Source: an uncultured beta proteobacterium
GTDB taxonomy: Bacteria > Pseudomonadota > Gammaproteobacteria > Burkholderiales > SG8-39
DNA: 64,000 nt
NCBI GenBank assembly: GCA_903928055.1
Contig: CAIYPG010000046.1
Coordinates: 2,639 to 66,638 of the forward strand
Direction of reading: 5' to 3'
Shown here: positions 1 to 8,640 of the stretch, in pieces
Numbering within the stretch: the first letter of the stretch is position 1
Layout of the letters: each line of letters opens with the position of its first letter
Translations under genes and position numbers: made by a program
Notes under the pieces: model-generated
The model's input: only the letters and a program-made list of their open reading frames with translations
Databases searched by the model: none
Told to the model about the DNA's origin: nothing

Positions 1-1
1 G

Positions 2-415
2 CCCGGCTACATCGAGATCAGCGAGCGCAACAAGAGCTTCAGCGAGCGCAAGCGCTCGGGGAAGCCGGCAGTCACTGATCCTGTCGCGCTCATCCATCCG
101 AGCCTCAAGCCATTGGCGGCAGAGCCGGTGGTGGGCAAGCACAGGGTGAACGCCTTCCACAACACTGACCTGGAAGTCATCCTGCGGGCCAACAACGTGG
201 ATACCCTGATCCTGCTGGGCTATGCCACCAGTGGCGTCGTGCTGTCCACCACGCGGCATGCTGCCGACGCCGACTATCGCCTGTTCATTGCCGAGGATTG
301 CTGCGCTGATGCAGATGCCGCCGTGCATGATTTTCTGTGCACGAAGATATTTCCGCGCCAGGCTGAAGTGGTTCAGTCCGCTGATCTCATAAAGGCACTG
401 GCAGGCCGCCAGTAG
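2..415 (+). CDS. isochorismatase-like hydrolase family protein, 5' end cut by window edge
   Basis: Frame 2 is open from the window edge into ORF 113..415. LILLGYATSGVVLSTTRHAADADYRLFIAEDCCAD resembles the isochorismatase fold. The usual nucleophile Cys position appears to read Val. Confidence 0.65.
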   Translation, partial: PGYIEISERNKSFSERKRSGKPAVTDPVALIHPSLKPLAAEPVVGKHRVNAFHNTDLEVILRANNVDTLILLGYATSGVVLSTTRHAADADYRLFIAEDCCADADAAVHDFLCTKIFPRQAEVVQSADLIKALAGRQ

Positions 416-471
416 ATTTTGCCGCGAGGCAGCGCAGGCGCGCCGCCGTGACAACCCTGCAACGTCGGGGA

Positions 472-1749
472 TTAAACCGAGGTCAGTCGGGTATTCGCCA
501 GTGTGAGGCGTTCCACCAGGATACCCATGAAGGCCCGGTCGAAGCGGTGGCGGCAGACGTCCGAGGCCCGGTCAAGGTCCTCCGCCTTGATGCGGATGAT
601 GCGTGAATCGCTCATTGTGGCCACGTCCGCAGTGCGTTCGTTGCCGGTGCGTGACAGGTAGGCCATTTCGCCGAAGCATTCGCCCGGCGTCAGCACGTTC
701 AGGAGCTTCTTCCGTTTCGTGACCTTTACCTCGCCTGAGGCGAGCAGGCAGAAGAAGTCGCCCGGGTCACCGTCCTGCATGATCGTGGTGTTTGCGCGCA
801 GGTTCTCCCAGCTCGAAATGCGCAGCACTTCCCAGAGCTCGGCGTCGGAGAACTCGGAAAAGAACGGCATGCCGCGCAGCGTGCTGAACTTCTCGCTGTC
901 GGCCACCTCATCGGTGCGGTTTGACAAATGCTCGCTGCGAAAGGCCTCGGCAAGGTCAAAGGAGAATTCGCCCCAGCTCTGGTAGCGGCGCTCCTGCTCC
1001 TTCTGCATCGCCTTCCTCACGATCTTGTCCACCGCCAGCGGAATCTCGCGGCGATAGGACGAGGGTAGCGGTGGCTCCACATTCGCGATCTGGTACATCA
1101 TGGAAAAATTGTTCGAGGCCTGGAATGGCAGATGGCCGGTGAGCAACTGGTACATCACCACGCCCAGCGAATAGATGTCGGTCTGGTGGTTGAGCGGATG
1201 CTCCTTGATCTGCTCGGGCGACATGTAGGCCGGTGAGCCGATGCCGGCAACCTGGGTCTGGTCGCCCGAGGCCATCAGCGCGGCACCGAAGTCGGTGATC
1301 TTGATGTCGGTCTCGCCAGTGAGGAGGATGTTTGCCGGCTTGATGTCGCGATGGGTGACGCCCTGTTTGTGGGCGAAATCCAGGGCGCGCGTGCACTTGA
1401 AGATGATCTCCACCACCTTGTCGATCGGCAGCAGGCCGGCCGGATCACAGAATTTCTCCAGCGTGCCACCGTCCACAAACTCCATCACGATATAGCTCAG
1501 GTCATCGCCGACCACGGCATCGAAGATCTCGACCACGTGCGGATGCTGCAGCTTGCCGGCAAGCGAGGCTTCGGTGATGAACAGTTTTTTCGTGAGCGCA
1601 CCGCCAGTGGTCGCGGTCAGCCGATCCTCGAACACCACCTTGACCGCGACTTCGCGGTTCTTGAATGGATCGCGGCACAGGTACACCTCGCTCGTCGCCC
1701 CTTCACCGAGCTTGCGGATGACCTCGTACTTGCCGATGGTTTCAAGCAT
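472..1749 (-). CDS. Ser/Thr protein kinase with C-terminal cyclic-nucleotide-binding domain
   Basis: Hanks kinase motifs are present: GEGATSEVY..VAVK, HRDIKPANILL, DFGAA, SPAYMSPE. The C-terminal ~120 aa has the cNMP-binding signature FGEMAYL..RTADV. Confidence 0.85.
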   Translation of the reverse strand: MLETIGKYEVIRKLGEGATSEVYLCRDPFKNREVAVKVVFEDRLTATTGGALTKKLFITEASLAGKLQHPHVVEIFDAVVGDDLSYIVMEFVDGGTLEKFCDPAGLLPIDKVVEIIFKCTRALDFAHKQGVTHRDIKPANILLTGETDIKITDFGAALMASGDQTQVAGIGSPAYMSPEQIKEHPLNHQTDIYSLGVVMYQLLTGHLPFQASNNFSMMYQIANVEPPLPSSYRREIPLAVDKIVRKAMQKEQERRYQSWGEFSFDLAEAFRSEHLSNRTDEVADSEKFSTLRGMPFFSEFSDAELWEVLRISSWENLRANTTIMQDGDPGDFFCLLASGEVKVTKRKKLLNVLTPGECFGEMAYLSRTGNERTADVATMSDSRIIRIKAEDLDRASDVCRHRFDRAFMGILVERLTLANTRLTSV

Positions 1750-1766
1750 GGGTTTTGTGATTCGAC

Positions 1767-3164
1767 TCAGCGCCCGAGCCGTTTGCGTGCCGCGCGTGCC
1801 GCTGCCCGCACCTGCGCGGGGGCCGTGCCACCGGTGTGCTTGCGCGCCGCGGCGGAGCCTTCCAGCGTCAGCACGGCGAACACATCCTTGCCGATTCCGG
1901 ACGCGAACTGGCGCAATTCGGCGAGAGACAGGTCGGAGAGGTCGCGCTTGGCCTTCTCGGCAAATTTCACCGCGCGCGCCACGGCTTCGTGCGCGTCGCG
2001 GAAGGGCAGCCCTTTCTTCACCAGATAATCGGCCAGGTCGGTGGCCGTGGCATAGCCCTCGAGCGCCGCGGAGCGCATGGCGCCGGCATTGGCGGTGAGC
2101 CCCGCGACCAGTTCCGCGAAGATCGCCAGCGTGTCGCGCAGCGTATCAACCGTGTCGAACAGCGGTTCCTTGTCTTCCTGGTTGTCCTTGTTATAGGCCA
2201 GCGGCTGCGCCTTCATCAGTGTCAGGAGGCCCATCAGGTGGCCGAACACGCGCCCGCTCTTGCCGCGCGCCAGTTCCGGCACGTCGGGGTTCTTCTTCTG
2301 CGGCATGATGGACGAGCCGGTGCAGAAGCGGTCAGGCAGGGTCACGAAACCGAAGCGCGGATTCACCCAAAGCACCAGTTCCTCGCAAAGGCGCGACAGG
2401 TGGACCATGGTGATCGAGCTTGCCGCGCAGAATTCGATCGCGAAATCGCGGTCGGACACGGCATCCAGTGAATTCGCGGCGACGGCATCGAAGCCCAGTT
2501 CCTTTGCGACCAGTTCACGGCGGATCGGGAAGGACGTGCCGGCCAGCGCTGCGGCGCCCAGCGGCAGCACATTCGCGCGCTTTCTGCAGTCGGCAAAACG
2601 CGTGTGGTCGCGTTCGAACATCTCCACATAGGCCAGCAGGTGATGGCCGAAGGTCACGGGTTGGGCGACCTGCAGGTGGGTGAAGCCGGGCATGATGGTC
2701 GCGGCATAGCGTTCCGCCTGTGCAATCAGGCTTTTCTGCAGTGCGGCGAGCAGCGCGATGATGGCGTCGGTCTCGTCGCGCAGCCACAGGCGGATGTCGG
2801 TGGCCACCTGGTCATTGCGCGAGCGGCCCGTATGCAGGCGTTTTCCGGCATCGCCCACGAGTGCGGTGAGGCGGCGCTCGATGTTGAGGTGCACGTCTTC
2901 GGCGTCCAGCGACCAGATGAACTTGCCCGCGGCGATTTCATTAGAAATCGCTGAGAGGCCCTTTTCGATCTTCTTCAGATCGACGCCGGTGAGGATGCCG
3001 CAGGTCTTGAGCATGCGCGCATGCGCCAGCGAGCCGCGGATGTCGTGTTGTGCCAGGCGCTGGTCGAAACCCACCGAGGCGGTGTAACGCTTCACGGTTT
3101 CGGACACCGGTTCGGCAAAACGACCGGACCAGGTGGAGGATTTTTTAGGAGATTTTGCGGCCAT
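1767..3164 (-). CDS. argH: argininosuccinate lyase
   Basis: 465 aa. WSGRFAEP N-terminus, fumarate-lyase signature [12 protein letters not shown], typical length. Confidence 0.95.
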   Translation of the reverse strand: MAAKSPKKSSTWSGRFAEPVSETVKRYTASVGFDQRLAQHDIRGSLAHARMLKTCGILTGVDLKKIEKGLSAISNEIAAGKFIWSLDAEDVHLNIERRLTALVGDAGKRLHTGRSRNDQVATDIRLWLRDETDAIIALLAALQKSLIAQAERYAATIMPGFTHLQVAQPVTFGHHLLAYVEMFERDHTRFADCRKRANVLPLGAAALAGTSFPIRRELVAKELGFDAVAANSLDAVSDRDFAIEFCAASSITMVHLSRLCEELVLWVNPRFGFVTLPDRFCTGSSIMPQKKNPDVPELARGKSGRVFGHLMGLLTLMKAQPLAYNKDNQEDKEPLFDTVDTLRDTLAIFAELVAGLTANAGAMRSAALEGYATATDLADYLVKKGLPFRDAHEAVARAVKFAEKAKRDLSDLSLAELRQFASGIGKDVFAVLTLEGSAAARKHTGGTAPAQVRAAARAARKRLGR

Positions 3165-3362
3165 GTGTACAATGAACCCGGATGATTGTGGTGTCCCGCC
3201 GCTTCGCTTCCGCCCCTGCCGCCGATCAACAGAAATCCGAAAAACAACAGTCGTGCCTGCACCTAAGTCGCAGAGTATAAGAGCTTATTTCGGAAAAGGG
3301 GAGCAGGCTGACCCTTTTGTCAGGGTTGATCATGATCCTGTCCGGTACGGAGCAAACACACG

Positions 3363-4403
3363 ATGAGTGCCAATGCTGATGTTGTCCGCAAGGATGCTTC
3401 CGGCATGCATCCCGACAGGCTTCCCGATTTTCGCAGCCTGGGCGTCATGCTGCGCATCCTGCTCGGCGTGAATATCGCGCTGGTCTTCGCCGCGGCGGTG
3501 CGCGCACAGACGCTGATGCTGATGCCGAACGCCGTCGTGGAGTTGAGCGCCTGGGTCGAGCCGGTGCTGCTCACCACGGTCGTGCTGCTGTATGCCGCCG
3601 CGCGGCCGCTGCTGCGCCTGAGCTACCTCGCTGGTGCGGCGTGCGTGGTCGTCGTTGCCGTGCTGGTAACCGCTGGCTATTCGCTTGCGATCCGGGGCAC
3701 CGGCATACCGATGTTCGAAAGCGAAGGGCACTGGACGCTGCATGCCGCCTTCGCAGCGTTTGCCGCGTGGGGCATGCTGGGCTACTTCCGTCTGCGCGAA
3801 CGCGCCTTCTCGCCGGCACTGGCGGAAGCGCGGCTGCAGGCATTGCAGGCGCGCATCCGTCCCCACTTCCTGTTCAACAGCCTTAATGCGGTGTTGTCGC
3901 TGGTGCGCTCCGATCCGCGCCGTGCCGAGGGCGCGCTCGAGGACATGGCCGAACTGTTTCGCACGCTCATGGCCGACAACCGCACGCTGTCCACACTGGG
4001 TGAAGAGGTGGCGCTGACCCGCCAGTACCTGAACATCGAGCACCTGCGTCTGGGCGAGCGTCTCACGGTGGAGTGGAAGATCGATCCGCGTGCCGAATCC
4101 GTGCAGGTGCCGCCGCTGATGCTGCAGCCGCTGGTCGAGAACGCCGTGTACCACGGCGTTGAGCCGGGCATGGGTCCGGGCACCATCCAGATCGCAGCTG
4201 CGCTGCAGGGCGATGAGCTGCGCCTGGTGCTCTCCAATCCCTACCATCCGGAACACCAGCATCGCCAGGGCAACCGCATGGCGCTGGCGAACATCGGCGA
4301 GCGCCTGCGGCTGCATTTTGATGTCGAGGCGAAGATCGAGACAAAAATCACCGGTGGCCGCTTCGAGATCCGGGTCACCGTTCCCAACCGGAAAATGCCC
4401 TGA
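3363..4403 (+). CDS. algZ: LytS/AlgZ(FimS)-type sensor histidine kinase
   Basis: Multi-TM N-terminus. His_kinase motif PHFLFNSLNAV and HATPase region LQPLVENAVYHG. Lies upstream of a LytTR regulator in the same argH-algZ-algR-hemC order as Pseudomonas. Confidence 0.75.
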   Translation: MSANADVVRKDASGMHPDRLPDFRSLGVMLRILLGVNIALVFAAAVRAQTLMLMPNAVVELSAWVEPVLLTTVVLLYAAARPLLRLSYLAGAACVVVVAVLVTAGYSLAIRGTGIPMFESEGHWTLHAAFAAFAAWGMLGYFRLRERAFSPALAEARLQALQARIRPHFLFNSLNAVLSLVRSDPRRAEGALEDMAELFRTLMADNRTLSTLGEEVALTRQYLNIEHLRLGERLTVEWKIDPRAESVQVPPLMLQPLVENAVYHGVEPGMGPGTIQIAAALQGDELRLVLSNPYHPEHQHRQGNRMALANIGERLRLHFDVEAKIETKITGGRFEIRVTVPNRKMP

Positions 4404-4414
4404 TACGTGATTCC

Positions 4415-5173
4415 ATGACCCTGCGCATCCTCATCGTCGATGACGAGCAGCCGGCCCGCAACCGGTTGCGTGAACTGCTCGATGACTGCCGCCTCGAAGT
4501 GCCCCATGAAATCGTCGGTGAAGCGGCCAACGGCATGGAGGCACTGGCGCTGCTGCCCGAGGCGCGGCCGGACGTGGCGCTGGTGGACATCAACATGCCG
4601 GGCATGAGCGGCATTGAGCTCGCCGGCCACCTGCAGGTGCTGGAGCATCCGCCCGCAGTGATCTTCGCCACCGCGCACAACCAGTATGCCGTCGAGGCCT
4701 TTGAAGTGAATGCCATCGACTACCTGCTGAAGCCGGTGCGCGCGGTGCGCCTTGCCGCGGCCTTGAAGAAGATCGGCGGCGCGCGGGCGCCGGCCGGCCT
4801 GTCGCGAGAAACGCTGTCCCGCCTCGATCCGCAGCCGCGGCGTCATTTCGCGATTGCCGAGCGCGGCAAGGTGAAGCTGGTACCGGTCGCGGACGTGCTG
4901 TTCCTCAAGGCCGACCTGAAATACGTATTGGTGCGCACGCACGAAGCCGAGCACCTGATCGAGGAGCCGCTCAGCCGCCTCGAGGAGGAGTTCGGCGGGC
5001 TGTTCATCCGTATCCACCGCAGTTGCCTCGTGGCCCGGCACCTGATCCGTGGTTTTGAGCGCGTGACCGGCGAGGACGGGGAGGGATGGGCAGTGGTGCT
5101 GGAGGGCTGGCCGGAGAAGCTGCCTGTCAGCCGGAGGCAGTGGCCGGGGGTTAAGGCGATAGTTGGGGTTTGA
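4415..5173 (+). CDS. algR: LytTR-family response regulator
   Basis: Receiver domain (ILIVDDE..DVALVDINMPG) plus C-terminal LytTR DNA-binding domain. Paired with the upstream kinase. Confidence 0.85.
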   Translation: MTLRILIVDDEQPARNRLRELLDDCRLEVPHEIVGEAANGMEALALLPEARPDVALVDINMPGMSGIELAGHLQVLEHPPAVIFATAHNQYAVEAFEVNAIDYLLKPVRAVRLAAALKKIGGARAPAGLSRETLSRLDPQPRRHFAIAERGKVKLVPVADVLFLKADLKYVLVRTHEAEHLIEEPLSRLEEEFGGLFIRIHRSCLVARHLIRGFERVTGEDGEGWAVVLEGWPEKLPVSRRQWPGVKAIVGV

Positions 5174-5174
5174 T

Positions 5175-5665
5175 AGAAGCTTTTTCGGCTTCGCCGAGTG
5201 ACTTTCTTTGCTTCGCCAAAGAAAGTCACCAAAGAAAGGCGACCCTACGGTGCCGGTTCCGGCGCTTGCGCGCCGGAACCCCCTGCGATGCTCGCAGTCT
5301 TCGGCGGCTGCGGAACTCGCTGTCTTCGCTTCGCTCGCAGCTCAGACAGTCCTCGCCGACGGCCCCTCAGACTGCTGCGCTTCTCGGCGTCACCAAAGGG
5401 GCACAGCCACAGCAAACCAGTGGTTTGCTTTTGACTTTCGCTCTTGGGGGCCCTTGATGCGTCGCCGAGCAGCGCAGATGAGGCCAGGGTTTCGGCGAGT
5501 TCCGCAGCCGCTGGCCTCAGCGAGCAGCACAGGGTAGTCGCCGCAGGCGACCGGCGCATGGGGGGGGCTTTTCTCTGCTTATTCTCTTTTGCACAAGCAA
5601 AAGAGAATAAGTCGCCGAGAGGCGAAACAACTCTTCAAAGAAAAGGTAAAGCCGAAGGGGTTTGA
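5175..5665. repeat. mosaic of nested palindromes / inverted ~100-bp repeat units in the algR-hemC spacer
   Basis: Perfect hairpins at 5198-5209/5218-5229, 5255-5265/5270-5280, 5411-5418/5422-5429, 5537-5542/5546-5551 and 5578-5592/5597-5611. Perfect 17-bp long-range inverted repeat at 5304-5320/5495-5511. Confidence 0.75.
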
Positions 5666-5781
5666 GTGGGGCTTATCCCAGTGAGATGCACTACACCTCA
5701 TGCTAAAATTCCCCCATCCTGTTCGATGTCCGAACACCGCTTTCCCACTGGCGCAACCACGCCATCGGCGTCCCTGACCCC

Positions 5782-6708
5782 ATGAGCGCTCCCAAAAAAA
5801 TCGTCATTGCCTCCCGCGAAAGCCGCCTTGCGCTGTGGCAGTCCGAACATGTGCGCAGCGCGCTCAAAGGGCTCTATCCCGAATGCGACGTGCAGATCCT
5901 CGGCATGACCACGAAGGGTGACCAGATCCTTGACGTGTCGCTGTCCAAGATTGGCGGCAAGGGACTGTTCGTGAAGGAACTCGAGGCTGCGCTGGCTGAC
6001 GGGCGCGCGGACATTGCAGTGCATTCGGCGAAGGATGTGCCGATGGACCTGCCCGCAGGCTTCATGCTGGCTGCGTTCGGCACGCGCGAGGATCCGCGCG
6101 ACTGCCTGATCTCCAATACCTACGATTCCCTCGCTGCACTGCCTGCGGGCAGCGTGGTCGGTACCTCCAGCCTGCGCCGCGAAGCGCAGCTTCGTGAACG
6201 CTATCCGCAGTTGAAGGTGGCGCCGCTGCGGGGCAACCTCGATACGCGCCTTGGCAAGCTTGATCGCGGCGAATACCAGGCCATCATCCTGGCCGCCGCC
6301 GGCATGAAGCGCCTCGGGATGGCCGGACGCATCCGTGCATTGCTGTCGGTTGAAGACAGCCTGCCCGCGCCGGGGCAGGGTGCGCTGGCGATCGAATGCC
6401 GTGAAGGGCGCGAAGACATCGTGCGCTGGCTTGCACCGCTGCATGATGCGGCCACCGCCGCCTGTGTGCGTGCCGAGCGCGCGCTCAGTCGCGCGTTGTC
6501 GGGCAGTTGCCAGTTGCCGCTGGCAGCGCATGCAACCTGCGAGGGCGCGACCCTGTCACTCCATTCGCTGGTCGCCCAGCCCGACGGGCAGCGCGTGATT
6601 CGCGCCGCCCAGAGCGGAACGCGCGAAGCGCCCGAGGCGCTGGGCGATGCGCTGGCGGCAAAGCTGCGCAGCATGGGTGCCGGCGAGATCATCGCAGCCC
6701 TGTCGTGA
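5782..6708 (+). CDS. hemC: hydroxymethylbilane synthase (porphobilinogen deaminase)
   Basis: [19 protein letters not shown]-terminus, 308 aa, followed by hemD. Confidence 0.95.
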   Translation: MSAPKKIVIASRESRLALWQSEHVRSALKGLYPECDVQILGMTTKGDQILDVSLSKIGGKGLFVKELEAALADGRADIAVHSAKDVPMDLPAGFMLAAFGTREDPRDCLISNTYDSLAALPAGSVVGTSSLRREAQLRERYPQLKVAPLRGNLDTRLGKLDRGEYQAIILAAAGMKRLGMAGRIRALLSVEDSLPAPGQGALAIECREGREDIVRWLAPLHDAATAACVRAERALSRALSGSCQLPLAAHATCEGATLSLHSLVAQPDGQRVIRAAQSGTREAPEALGDALAAKLRSMGAGEIIAALS

Positions 6709-6729
6709 AAACCCCGTGAGCCCCGCGAC

Positions 6730-7518
6730 ATGAAGGCACCGGCTGCCTCGGACGCCTTGGCCGGCAGGGCCATCCTTGTCACCCGTCCCGTTGCGCGTGC
6801 TGCGCGCCTGGCCGCGCTGGTGCGCGAGGCCGGTGGCGATCCGGTGCTGTTCCCGACGCTTGAAATAGTATCAATTTCAAAAAATAGTGATTCATCCACG
6901 CAAATCGATGACATGAATGTTATTGATGCGGACCTGCTGGTCTTTGTCAGCCCGACGGCCGTGGAGCATGCCGTCGCGGTGTTCGATGCGCTGCTGCCGG
7001 AGTCCGTGAAAGTCGCCGCCGTCGGACATGCCACGGCGCGCGCGTTGCAGGCGCGCGGGGTGGCCAGGGTCATTGCACCCGAAGATGGTGCCGACAGCGA
7101 AGCGCTGGCTGCATTACCGGACATGCAGCAGCTTGCCGGCCGTCGCGTCCTCATCGTGCGCGGCGAGGGCGGTCGCCCCTGGCTGGCCGATACGCTGCGC
7201 GCGCGCGGCGCCACGGTTGAATACCTGGAGTGTTACCGGCGCGTCCGTCCGGACGTCGATGCCGCGCCGCTGGCGGCACGCGTCATTGCGGGTGACATTG
7301 CCGCGGCCACCATCACCTCGCGCGAAGCCCTCGACAACCTGCTGGCCATGCTGCCCGCGGAAGCCCGTGCAGCGGTCCTCGCCACGCCGATGTTCGTCGT
7401 TCATCCGCGCCTTGCCGGGCATGCGCGCGCCCTTGGCGCACGTGAAGTGGTCGTCACCGGCGCGGGCGATGATGCAATGGTTCGGGAATTGCAGGCCTTT
7501 TTTGCTAAAGTAGCGTAA
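6730..7518 (+). CDS. hemD: uroporphyrinogen-III synthase
   Basis: 262 aa, HEM4-like (ILVTRP.., LLVFVSPTAV), sits between hemC and hemX. Contains an anomalous AT-rich patch at 6861-6928. Confidence 0.88.
   Translation: MKAPAASDALAGRAILVTRPVARAARLAALVREAGGDPVLFPTLEIVSISKNSDSSTQIDDMNVIDADLLVFVSPTAVEHAVAVFDALLPESVKVAAVGHATARALQARGVARVIAPEDGADSEALAALPDMQQLAGRRVLIVRGEGGRPWLADTLRARGATVEYLECYRRVRPDVDAAPLAARVIAGDIAAATITSREALDNLLAMLPAEARAAVLATPMFVVHPRLAGHARALGAREVVVTGAGDDAMVRELQAFFAKVA
6861..6928 (-). repeat. AT-rich patch inside hemD, probable degenerate copy (F) of the 63-bp element family
   Basis: The reverse complement shares with copy D the 10-mer TGAAATTGAT and a TGAT box (TGATACTATTT) at one end, and ATCA..TAA..TTCATGT at the other. 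It is 3-4 nt longer. Confidence 0.45.
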
Positions 7519-7555
7519 TGCTTCGGCAATCCGGGTCGATGCATCACCCATTCAC

Positions 7556-8632
7556 ATGAACGAAACCTCCCCCTCCCCTCAGCCAGAGCTTCCGCAGCCC
7601 GAGTCGACGCCGCCTGTTTCGCGGCGCGGACTGCTGCTGGCATTGCGGGAATTCCTGCGCAATCCCTGGGCGATTGTGGTGCTTCTGCTGGTGCTGCTGC
7701 TCGCCTGGCAGTGGTACGACGAGCACAGCCGCATGTCGGCATTGCGCGAAGAACTGGCCACCCGCCTGCGCGACAGCGATGCCGACAGCCGTGATGCCCG
7801 CCTGGTGGCACGCCAGGCCCAGGAGGCGGTGCGCGAGGCACAGACCAGGCTCGGCCAGCTCGATTCCAAACTGGCCGAATCCCAGAACCAGCAGGTGGCG
7901 CTCGAGGCGTTGTACCAGGAGCTGTCGCGCAATCGCGACGAGTGGGCGCTGGCTGAAGTGGACCAGATCCTCACCATCGCTTCGCAGCAACTGCAGTTGG
8001 CCGGCAATGTGCAGGCCGCCGTGGCGGCGCTGCAGACCGCCGACCAGCGCCTGGCGCGCGCCGACCGGCCGCAGTTCATTCCGCTGCGCAAGGTCATCGC
8101 GCGCGACCTGGATCGATTGAAAGTCACCCCCAACCCCGACATCGCCGGCCTGGCCCTCAAGATCGACCAGCTGATCACGGCGGTAGACACCTTGCCGCTG
8201 GCAGGCGATGAGCGCATTGCCGCCTCCGCGCGCACGCCGGCCGCCGCGCTGCCCGACGGCTTCTGGGCACGCCTGGGTGCCGAGGTCTGGAACGAATTCA
8301 AGTCGCTGATCCGCATCCAGGTCACCGACCGGCCGGAGCCGGGCCTGATCGCGCCCAGCCAGGTGTTCTTCCTGCGCGAGAACCTCAAGCTGCGCCTCCT
8401 GAATGCGCGCCTTGCGCTCCTGTCGCACGATGAATCCACGTTCCGCGAGGACGTGAAGACCGCATCGGCATGGCTGGCGAACTGGTTCGACACGCGTTCC
8501 CGCGCCACGCAGGCGGCGCAGACCACGCTGCGCCAGATGTCCGCGTCCGCGATCCAGATCGAATTGCCGACCATTGGCGACAGCCTGAACGCGGTGCGCA
8601 ACTACAAGGTTGCCCGCGACAGGGCGAGATAG
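7556..8632 (+). CDS. hemX: HemX-like membrane protein
   Basis: N-terminal TM followed by a long coiled-coil region. Conserved position after hemD. Confidence 0.8.
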   Translation: MNETSPSPQPELPQPESTPPVSRRGLLLALREFLRNPWAIVVLLLVLLLAWQWYDEHSRMSALREELATRLRDSDADSRDARLVARQAQEAVREAQTRLGQLDSKLAESQNQQVALEALYQELSRNRDEWALAEVDQILTIASQQLQLAGNVQAAVAALQTADQRLARADRPQFIPLRKVIARDLDRLKVTPNPDIAGLALKIDQLITAVDTLPLAGDERIAASARTPAAALPDGFWARLGAEVWNEFKSLIRIQVTDRPEPGLIAPSQVFFLRENLKLRLLNARLALLSHDESTFREDVKTASAWLANWFDTRSRATQAAQTTLRQMSASAIQIELPTIGDSLNAVRNYKVARDRAR

Positions 8633-8640
8633 GTTCCGGA

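Noticed and set aside
5170-5665. ORFs 5170..5457, 5198..5434, 5208..5537, 5245..5559 and 5444..5665 as protein-coding genes
   Set aside because: They overlap one another in several frames on both strands. They are built entirely from the palindromic repeats and encode Arg/Ser/Ala/Pro low-complexity peptides. I interpret them as translated repeat DNA.
8470-8640. Longest-ORF starts taken at face value (hemY 8470, VOC 11002, lptD 53134, pdxA 57044, glyS 63661, dusB 48801, fis 47869, DUF45 60575 and others)
   Set aside because: These extensions overlap the preceding gene in another frame, lack an RBS and encode Arg/Pro-rich junk. Internal starts with SD sequences and family-typical N-termini were used instead.
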